The notes under the pieces are model-generated. The model saw only the letters and a program-made list of their open reading frames with translations, was not told where the DNA came from and searched no databases. A program made the translations under genes and the position numbers. Below are positions 1-6,644 of a DNA stretch of 64,000 nucleotides, piece after piece. Position 1 is the stretch's first letter, and every line of letters begins with the position of its first letter. Source of the stretch: Rhizobiaceae bacterium (GTDB lineage Bacteria; Pseudomonadota; Alphaproteobacteria; Rhizobiales; Rhizobiaceae); the NCBI GenBank assembly GCA_035503715.1, contig DATJTE010000117.1, positions 4,832-68,831 of the forward strand, read 5' to 3'.

Positions 1-581
1 GCAATGCCGCGAAGGCTGTTGATGCCGATTGAGCGGATCGCATCGATCGTCGGCATGACAGAGGCGGCAAACGCATTTGCTCCGAGAATTGACACCTCTC
101 GGCCGGCCGCCGCCGCCACCGCCGCGTTCGTCGGATTGCCGAGCTTCGTGCCGCGTTCCTTGCGAGCGGCGAGGGCGGCTTTTGTTCTCTCCGATATCTG
201 CCGGCGCTCCTTTTCAGCCAGAGCGGCGTAAAGATGAAGCATGAAAGGATCTGCGTCCGCACCGAGTTCGGCAACGATGAAGGGAACGCGCTGCGCCATC
301 AATCCGGCAATAAAGGCCACGTCGCGCGACAGTCGATCGAGCTTGGCAACCAGGACCGGACACCGCTCCTTGCGCGCCACGGCCAAAGCCGAGGCCAACT
401 GTGGGCGTCTGTCGAGCGCATCAGCACCTTTGCCGGTCTCGACCTCGGCGAATTCGCCGACGATCTGAATGTTCTCAGCTTCAGCAAACCGAGCGACGGC
501 CGATCGTTGCGCTTCAAGGCCAAGCCCTGAACGCCCCTGGCGCTGCGTTGAGACGCGGTAGTAGGCAACAGCGCGCTGCAT
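1..581 (-). CDS. Small serine recombinase (resolvase/invertase family), partial; 3' end runs off the window
   Basis: Not in ORF track (no stop inside window). Own translation of minus strand from ATG at 581: [52 protein letters not shown]...[18 protein letters not shown]... YYRVSTxxQ catalytic-Ser motif and DRLSRD motif; GGAGAG 7 nt upstream of ATG. Confidence 0.8.
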   Translation of the reverse strand, partial: MQRAVAYYRVSTQRQGRSGLGLEAQRSAVARFAEAENIQIVGEFAEVETGKGADALDRRPQLASALAVARKERCPVLVAKLDRLSRDVAFIAGLMAQRVPFIVAELGADADPFMLHLYAALAEKERRQISERTKAALAARKERGTKLGNPTNAAVAAAAGREVSILGANAFAASVMPTIDAIRSIGINSLRGI

Positions 582-608
582 GACCGAACTCTCCGAGGTG
601 TTCAAACT

Positions 609-639
609 GCAAACCACCGTTTGCTGTTTGCTCGTTTGG
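609..639. repeat. Short GTTTGC-type repeat cluster upstream of resolvase start (candidate res/operator site)
   Basis: GCAAAC (609-614) and GTTTGC (619-624) form an inverted pair, followed by direct copies GTTTGC (627-632) and GTTTGG (634-639), 28-58 nt upstream of the resolvase ATG. Confidence 0.3.
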
Positions 640-698
640 CCAGATCAAGCAACGAAAGAACGCGAAGTGCCGCGTACTTTCGACGTTGCACTGCGACA

Positions 699-738
699 TG
701 GCTGGCTACCGGGAACTCGAACCCGGTATTTTCGAGGG
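699..738 (-). other. tRNA 3'-end-like fragment (T-arm + acceptor 3' strand + CCA), no 5' half; possible att-site remnant
   Basis: Minus strand reads ...CCTCGAAAATACCGGGTTCGAGTTCCCGGTAGCCAGCCA: GGTTCGAGT T-loop-like core flanked by CCGGG/CCCGG and ending in CCA. No complementary acceptor 5' strand upstream, and the T-loop is one nt too long for a canonical tRNA. Confidence 0.4.
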
Positions 739-746
739 ATTATTTT

Positions 747-1640
747 CTAACCAATGAGCGCCGCCCTCAGTGCGGAAATGTCATCCAGAATATGATCGAC
801 GAAGGCAGCAACGCGCGGCGTCCTTCGCATATCCGGATGTGAGAGCAGATACCAGCTGCGAGTTAACTCCTCGACAGGTGCGATGACCTGCACCAAAGTC
901 TCTTCTGCGTCACCCAACGTTGTCGGCAGAGGTGCTATGCCTATGCCTGCTTTAACAGCGGATAATGTTCCCAGCATGCTGTTATTGCGATTCACGATCC
1001 GTGCGTTTGGCACCGCGACCGGAAGCCATTTGGCAACTCGATGGTTCTGCATGATCCCATCGAAGCCGATTATTGCATGGTGTGACAGGTCGGCAATGCG
1101 GCCCGGCCGGCCGTGATGCTGAAGATAGCTTTTGCTAGCGTAGATCGCCCACACAGAGTCACAAATCTTGCGGCCAACCAGACTTTCATCCGAGGGGTCG
1201 CCAGATCGAAAGGCGACGTCAGCCTCACCCTTGGCAATGTCGAGATAGCGGTCGCTGGTCACGAATTCGACCTTTAGCTTTGGATAGCGCTCATGGAACC
1301 TGTCCAACAGACCGGTGGCGACAATTCGTGACACGGTGGGTTCTGGGCAGGTTAGCCTGATCACACCCTCAAGGTCGTCCTTCAATGACCGTATGTGGCG
1401 CTCTAGTTTGTCGATCGAGGTTTCGACGGCGAGAATGTCATCAAGGAGCGTTTGACCGATCTCTGAAAGCCGATAACCGCTCGGATGGCGTGTCACCAGC
1501 GCCAGGCCAATGCGGTTTTCAAGCTCCGCCAGCCGCCGATGAACAGTCGATTGATTGACGCCGAGAGCTTTTGCCGCGGCAAGCGTGCTTCCGTGCCGCG
1601 ACACTGCAATTAGATGGCGGAGGTCGCTCCAGTCGAACAT
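747..1640 (-). CDS. LysR-family transcriptional regulator
   Basis: ORF 747..1697; likely start is internal M (MFDWSDLRHLIAVSRHGSTLAAAKALGVNQSTVHRRLAELE = LysR N-terminal HTH). Divergent from cupin gene with ~100 bp intergenic region. Confidence 0.85.
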   Translation of the reverse strand: MFDWSDLRHLIAVSRHGSTLAAAKALGVNQSTVHRRLAELENRIGLALVTRHPSGYRLSEIGQTLLDDILAVETSIDKLERHIRSLKDDLEGVIRLTCPEPTVSRIVATGLLDRFHERYPKLKVEFVTSDRYLDIAKGEADVAFRSGDPSDESLVGRKICDSVWAIYASKSYLQHHGRPGRIADLSHHAIIGFDGIMQNHRVAKWLPVAVPNARIVNRNNSMLGTLSAVKAGIGIAPLPTTLGDAEETLVQVIAPVEELTRSWYLLSHPDMRRTPRVAAFVDHILDDISALRAALIG

Positions 1641-1739
1641 CCGAGGGTTATGCACTTTTGCGCTTGGGTTTTGCAAACTCGCTGCTGCCGCCGCCAAAGT
1701 CTAGGTTGTAGGGCTTCAATCACTGGATGGAGGAAACAA

Positions 1740-2147
1740 ATGCACGAGAATACCAGCGTCGAGACCATGATTGCGGGCCTGGCGGTTGGCCAGACCCGTA
1801 GCGCGCAGGACAGCGGAATGGCGAAGCTGACTCCGCTGCATCGAGAGCTTGTGCAAGGGATGCCCATGCTTCCCGACCAGGAAGTTCGCGTTCTGTTGGC
1901 GACATTACTTCCCGGCGACGTCACACCACGCCATTCGCATCGCTTCCCGGTGACTGTTTATGTGATTGACGGCACCTTCACGCTTGCTCTTGAGGACAGG
2001 GAACCCGTTGCGATAGGTCCTGGGGAGGTATTCGTTGAGCCCGCCCACGTGACAATGACCGGCCACAACTACGGCGACGTCCCCACGAGAACCGCACTTT
2101 TTTACGTTTGCGAGCCTGATGCTCCATTCGCGGACGCGGTGCGCTAG
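1740..2147 (+). CDS. Cupin-domain protein
   Basis: ATG at 1740 preceded by GGAGGAAACAA. Motif GDVTPRHSHRFPVTVYVIDG...GEVFVEPAHVTMTGHN matches cupin motifs 1 and 2. Divergent partner of the LysR gene. Confidence 0.7.
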   Translation: MHENTSVETMIAGLAVGQTRSAQDSGMAKLTPLHRELVQGMPMLPDQEVRVLLATLLPGDVTPRHSHRFPVTVYVIDGTFTLALEDREPVAIGPGEVFVEPAHVTMTGHNYGDVPTRTALFYVCEPDAPFADAVR

Positions 2148-2338
2148 TCCTAAGAAAGCGGTTCCGAATAAGCCGGCGCGACCCGCCATTCCCTCGCGCC
2201 GGCCCAGTCCGCCGCACCGACAGGGAGCTTATGGGCTCACGCTTCGTTGGGGAGTCTCGGAAGCCGATAAAGACCTGGTGTGTTGTATAAGCAACGGCTC
2301 ATGCGCCTGCTCAGGCAAGGGCAGCACTCGGCTTGAAT

Positions 2339-2767
2339 CTAGTTGCTGCGCGGCTTGCCCAATACCAACTCGACTCCGACCTGCTGATGGCGCTGTGCCA
2401 TCTGCTCGATCTTTTCGGTGAACTGTTCCGCTTCGTATATCGTCTTGAACGTTATGGCGCCGCCGTCAGCACCGCCGTGTTCGTGGACTGAGGTTTCCTT
2501 CCACCGCGCGCGGGTCTTCAGCCAGAAGATTGCTGCCGTGACAGCTTCGCGGCCGTCGCCAGTGGCTTTCCGGTAGAGGTTCTCGGCAACGCGGGCATTG
2601 GCCTTGATATGGCCGCCGGCCAGTTCCTTCTCGTAGCTCGCCTTCAGCTCGTCGGCATCGACATCGACGACACGCGCAATCTCGGCTGCGGACAGACCGT
2701 AGCCAGCCATCGCTTCGACCTTTGATGCCAGCGGGCGATAACCGGGATCGTCTTGATCGTCGGCCAT
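2339..2767 (-). CDS. TerS-like HTH protein, paralogue 1 of 4
   Basis: Start at internal M (MADDQDDPGYRPLASKVEAMAGYGLSAAEIARVV...KANARVAENLYRKATGDGREAVTAAIFWLKTRARWKET). Its ATG shares one nt with the stop of paralogue 2 (TGATG). Confidence 0.7.
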   Translation of the reverse strand: MADDQDDPGYRPLASKVEAMAGYGLSAAEIARVVDVDADELKASYEKELAGGHIKANARVAENLYRKATGDGREAVTAAIFWLKTRARWKETSVHEHGGADGGAITFKTIYEAEQFTEKIEQMAQRHQQVGVELVLGKPRSN

Positions 2768-3102
2768 CACAGGTTCCTGTCGTCGGCATTGAGCAGGAGC
2801 TGCACGCTTGTGTGTTCCTGGACAACGGTCTCTTTCCACCGCGCCCGCGACTTCAACCAAAAGATGGCCGCGGCGACAGCCTCGCGGCTATCACTGGTCG
2901 CTTTGCGATAGAGGTTCTCGGCAACGCGGGCGTTCGCCTTCAGATGGCCCGTCTCGATCTCATAGCCGCATGTCGCCTCGAGAGTGCCGACGTCGATCCT
3001 GAGGATCTTCGCGACCTGCTCCGGCGACAGACCGTAGCCTGTCATTGCTTCGACCTTGGCCGGATCGGGCATGAAGGACGCGATCTCTGGATCTCCACTC
3101 AT
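2767..3102 (-). CDS. TerS-like HTH protein, paralogue 2 of 4
   Basis: KVEAMTGYGLSPEQVAKIL...KANARVAENLYRKATSDSREAVAAAIFWLKSRARWKET; ATGA overlap with the stop of paralogue 3. Confidence 0.7.
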   Translation of the reverse strand: MSGDPEIASFMPDPAKVEAMTGYGLSPEQVAKILRIDVGTLEATCGYEIETGHLKANARVAENLYRKATSDSREAVAAAIFWLKSRARWKETVVQEHTSVQLLLNADDRNL

Positions 3103-3500
3103 TGAAGCAACTCACCGTTCGACGATGCGAGTTTTGGCAGGTCGTGGATGCGGCGGCCGTTCTCCGCAATACGCTGGAGGAGAGCTGCGACCGGGTCGGC
3201 GACATCGTGGCGGACTTCCGTGACGTTGGTCTCTTTCCAATGGGCCCGGCTCTTCAGCCAGAAGATTGCCGCGGTGACCGATTCCTTGCCGCCTTCGCTC
3301 ACCGCCTTCCGATAGAGGCTTTCGGCAACGCGAGCGTTGGCCTTGACGCGACCCGATCGTAGTTCGCGGTCGAAGGTGGTTGCCAGGACGTCTGCATCGG
3401 TGTTCAGCACAAGGGCGATCTCGGCGGCTGTCAGGCCGTAGCCTGCGAGGGCCTCCACCTTGACGGCATCCGGTGATGAGACGGCCTGCGCGTCACTCAT
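3099..3500 (-). CDS. TerS-like HTH protein, paralogue 3 of 4
   Basis: KVEALAGYGLTAAEIALVL...KANARVAESLYRKAVSEGGKESVTAAIFWLKSRAHWKET; 8-nt overlap with the end of paralogue 4. Confidence 0.7.
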   Translation of the reverse strand: MSDAQAVSSPDAVKVEALAGYGLTAAEIALVLNTDADVLATTFDRELRSGRVKANARVAESLYRKAVSEGGKESVTAAIFWLKSRAHWKETNVTEVRHDVADPVAALLQRIAENGRRIHDLPKLASSNGELLQ

Positions 3501-3903
3501 CGGGCGGCCATTTGTCGTACTGGTTGATGGCCAGGCCCGGCATCTTGGCCAGTTCCTCGCGGCTTGGTGAAGTCAGGATGATGCGATTGATCCGGGTGAC
3601 CGGCTGGTGCCCGGTGTGCTCGTTGACCATCGTCTCTTTCCAGGCGGCGCGCGTTTTCAGCCAGAAGATCGCCGCCGTCACGGACTCTCGGCCGTCTCCG
3701 GTCGCCTTTCGATAGAGGTTCTCGGCGACCTTGGCGTTTGCTTTGGCGTGTCCATGATCGAGTTCAAACCGATAGTGCTTTCGAAGCGTCTTCGGATCGA
3801 TGCCGATCATGGCAGCAAGCGACGGTTCTGGCACGCCATAGCCGGCAAGCGCCTCGACCTGGCGCCGGCTGACCTCGTCGGGGAGGTGGGAAGGACGAGC
3901 CAT
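3493..3903 (-). CDS. TerS-like HTH protein, paralogue 4 of 4
   Basis: QVEALAGYGVPEPSLAAMI...KANAKVAENLYRKATGDGRESVTAAIFWLKTRAAWKET; its start shares one nt with the stop of the upstream Cys-rich ORF. Confidence 0.7.
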   Translation of the reverse strand: MARPSHLPDEVSRRQVEALAGYGVPEPSLAAMIGIDPKTLRKHYRFELDHGHAKANAKVAENLYRKATGDGRESVTAAIFWLKTRAAWKETMVNEHTGHQPVTRINRIILTSPSREELAKMPGLAINQYDKWPPDE

Positions 3904-4118
3904 CAGTGCTCGCCGCCTTCGCGCTCTCCAAAACCCTCCGTGTACACAGGCGATTTTGCAAAGCCACGGCCTGGGCTGGGGTTAGGGTCCGTCCCGAGGC
4001 GGAAGGTCCACAAACCGCATGTGTGGACGGGGCATTCCCGCACTTCGACGGGCTGATAGCAGGAGCAGTCGAGACATTTCTGGCGGATGGCCTGCAGGAC
4101 GGCGGCTTTCGTGGTCAT
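3903..4118 (-). CDS. Small Cys-rich (zinc-ribbon-like) phage-type protein, 71 aa
   Basis: IRQKCLDCSCYQPVEVRECPVHTCGLWTFRLG has five Cys in 20 residues. ATGA overlap with the methyltransferase stop. Confidence 0.6.
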   Translation of the reverse strand: MTTKAAVLQAIRQKCLDCSCYQPVEVRECPVHTCGLWTFRLGTDPNPSPGRGFAKSPVYTEGFGEREGGEH

Positions 4119-4987
4119 GCCGGCACCACCATGCGCTCAGCGGCAACCTCGGCGAACGTGCGACCGTCCCCGTCGAGTGTTGCCTGTTTGCCAGTGAACG
4201 CCTGCCATCGCTTCACCGAGACGTCGACGTAGGCAGGATTGAGTTCGATGGCGTGGCAGGCACGTCCCGTAATCTCCGCCGCGATGATCGTCGTGCCGGA
4301 GCCGGAGAAGGGTTCGTAGACGGCCTGGCCGGGCGAGGAGTTGTTCTCGATCGGCCGCTTCATGCACTCGACGGGCTTTTGCGTGCCGTGACCGCTTTCG
4401 GACTTGCGGTGTGGAATGGCCCAGACCGTCGTCTGCTTCCGATCGCCGGCCCAATGGCCGGTCTTGCCTTTCCGGACCGCGTACCAGCAGGGCTCATGTT
4501 GCCAGTGGTAGTCGCCGCGGCCGATGACCAGGCGCGTTTTGTCCCAGATTACCTGCGAGCGAATGGCGAAACCGGAAGCGTCGAGGCTAGCTGCAACAGT
4601 CGAGGCATGAAGTGCGCCGTGCCAGATGTACGCAACATCACCGGGGAACAATGCCCATGCTTCGCGCCAATCCGCCCTATCATCGTTCAGGACGGTACCG
4701 ACCGCGAGTTCCGAGTCGTGCAACTTTTCGCGCCAACTTGGATCATACTCGACACCGTAGGGCGGGTCCGTCACCATCAGATGAGGGCGGATACCGCCAA
4801 AAACACGATCAACCTCAGCCGCGTTGGTGCTGTCGCCGCAGAGGAGCCGATGCCTGCCGAGCAGCCAGACATCACCGGGGCAACTGACTGCCCGCTCGGG
4901 AGCCGTCGGAACCTCGTCGGGATCGGTGAGGCCGGCATTGCCGAGAGAGGTGAGGGAGAGAATTTCGAGATCAGTGAATCCTGTCAA
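4115..4987 (-). CDS. Beta-class N6-adenine/N4-cytosine DNA methyltransferase; possibly a 5'-truncated ParB-MTase fusion
   Basis: GDVWLLGRHRLLCGDSTN, motif IV VTDPPYGVEYD, then motif I VYEPFSGSGTTIIAAEITGR (order IV then I = beta class). Only available start is TTG at 4987. The N-terminal FDLSLTGFTDLEI resembles the ParB-MTase linker (from memory). Confidence 0.8.
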   Translation of the reverse strand: MTGFTDLEILSLTSLGNAGLTDPDEVPTAPERAVSCPGDVWLLGRHRLLCGDSTNAAEVDRVFGGIRPHLMVTDPPYGVEYDPSWREKLHDSELAVGTVLNDDRADWREAWALFPGDVAYIWHGALHASTVAASLDASGFAIRSQVIWDKTRLVIGRGDYHWQHEPCWYAVRKGKTGHWAGDRKQTTVWAIPHRKSESGHGTQKPVECMKRPIENNSSPGQAVYEPFSGSGTTIIAAEITGRACHAIELNPAYVDVSVKRWQAFTGKQATLDGDGRTFAEVAAERMVVPA

Positions 4988-4995
4988 CGACAGGT

Positions 4996-6219
4996 CGAAG
5001 CCAGCGGGAGGCCTGTGAAGCCTATATCGCCAGCCAAAAGTCCGAAGGCTGGGTGCTCGTATCGGATCGCTACGACGACGGCGGCATGTCGGGTGGAACG
5101 CTGGAGCGGCCGGCCTTGCAGCGGCTGATGAGGGACGTGGAGACAGGACTGATCGATGTAGTGGCCGTCTACAAGATCGACCGGCTGTCGCGATCGCTGT
5201 CCGACTTCTCGAAGCTGGTCGATGTGTTCGAGGCGAAAGACGTCACCTTCGTATCGGTGACGCAGTCATTCAATACGACCAGTTCCATGGGCAGGCTGAC
5301 GCTCAACATTCTGCTGTCCTTTGCCCAGTTCGAGCGGGAACTGATCGGCGAGCGCATCCGCGACAAGTTCGCAGCCTCCCGCCGCAAAGGCATGTGGATG
5401 GGCGGCAATGTTCCCTTCGGCTATCGCGTCGCAAACAGGAAGCTGATCATCGAGGAAACCGAAGCTGCGACCATCAGATCGATCTTCCAGCAGTTTATCA
5501 CCGTCGGCTCGGCAACCGTACTTGCGCAGCAACTCACCGCCGAAGGACTGACCCGACGTGACGGCAAACCGTTCGACAAGGGATGGCTCTACAAGCTGCT
5601 CAACAACCGTGTTTATGTTGGAGAAGCGGTTCATAAAGGTCAGAACTACCCCGGCGAACACCAGGCAATCGTCAGCCGCGAGACGTGGGACAAGGTTCAT
5701 TCGATCCTGAAGGAGAGCCCGAGGAAGAGGGCAGGGCAGAGCCGGCGGCAAACACCAGCAGTGCTGAAGGGTCTGATCTTCGCGCCAAACGGACTTGCCA
5801 TGACGCCGACCCACACACGACGGCGCGGCAAGCTCTATCGCTACTATGTGACGACCAGCGTGTTGAAGCTGTCGCCCGAGACCTGTCCTATTCGACGCGT
5901 ACCTGCGGCGGAAATCGAAGCCGCTGTCATCGACCAGCTTCGGATCATCCTCCGCTCCCCGGAAATGATCGTGAAGACATGGGCTGCGGCAAAGGCGGCC
6001 GAGCCTGTCGCCACCGAAGCACAAGTGCGTGAGGCGCTGATTCAGTTCGACGCACTCTGGGATGAACTCTTTCCCGCCGAGCAAGCGCGCATTGTTCAGC
6101 TGCTCGTCGACCGCGTCGACGTCGACATCGGCGGTATCGAAATCAAGTTGCGGGCCGAGGGGATTGGGATGGCCACAGCAGAATTGAAACAGTCGTGTAA
6201 TCTGGCGAGGGCTGCTTGA
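4996..6219 (+). pseudogene. Large serine recombinase, 5'-truncated (catalytic-Ser segment missing)
   Basis: The frame opens at 4978 after a TGA. Recognisable homology starts at QREACEAYIASQKSEGW...YDDGGMSGGTLERPALQRL...VYKIDRLSRSL...FNTTSSMGRLTLNILLSFAQFERE. The expected upstream ~25 aa (AIYxRxSS...SL.A) are absent; the ORF-track start is a GTG at 5053. Confidence 0.75.
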
Positions 6220-6599
6220 GCGACGATGCAACCGTCATTGTTCGGGTCCCGATGTCGCTTAAGAAGCGGGGAGGGCGGAAGGTGATCGTTCCGCCGCCAG
6301 GCGCCGAGACATGGGCTCCCGCGCAGAGAGTGGATGGCACCCTAATCCGAGCACTCGTCCGAGGCTTCGACTGGCGCAAGCAGATCGACATTGGCGTCTA
6401 TCAATCAGTCCGCGAGCTCGCCGCCGCCGAAAATATACGGCCAAGCTACGTCGGGCGAATAATGAACCTGACGATGCTCGCACCGGCAATTGTGGAACGC
6501 ATCCTCGACGGCAATCAGCCCAGAACGCTCTACGCGGAGCTTATCTCGCGAGGCATCCCTGATGACTGGCGAGATCAGTGGCGGCTCATTAACGAGTGA
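6216..6599 (+). CDS. Recombinase-associated ORF; may be the frameshifted C-terminal domain of the recombinase
   Basis: TTGA start/stop overlap with the recombinase ORF. SYVGRIMNLTMLAPAIVERILDGNQPRTL...IPDDWRDQWRL resembles the C-terminal tail of longer homologues (from memory). Confidence 0.5.
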   Translation: MSDDATVIVRVPMSLKKRGGRKVIVPPPGAETWAPAQRVDGTLIRALVRGFDWRKQIDIGVYQSVRELAAAENIRPSYVGRIMNLTMLAPAIVERILDGNQPRTLYAELISRGIPDDWRDQWRLINE

Positions 6600-6644
6600 G
6601 AGCGTCGTTCGAGTGTATTAGTGCCGCGACAGTCGTGCTCCCTC

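Larger units (their letters stand above)
2339..6599. mobile_element. Decayed prophage/integrative-element remnant (TerS-like array, Cys-rich protein, DNA methyltransferase, truncated large serine recombinase)
   Basis: Phage-type gene content. Recombinase lacks its N-terminal catalytic segment, no terminase large subunit or structural genes are present, and both divergent genes at ~5000 look 5'-truncated. Confidence 0.55.

Noticed and set aside
2172-2203. Perfect 10-bp inverted repeat GCCGGCGCGA / TCGCGCCGGC with a 12-nt loop, downstream of the cupin gene
   Set aside because: It has no U-tract and so is not a canonical intrinsic terminator. A single copy in the window means I cannot call it a REP-like repeat. 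It could still be a weak terminator or a protein-binding site.
4019-6231. Long ORFs 4019..5128 (+, 369 aa) and 5266..6231 (-, 321 aa)
   Set aside because: They are antisense shadows of the methyltransferase and recombinase genes. They are Arg/Ala/Gly-rich with no motifs, typical of high-GC opposite-strand frames.
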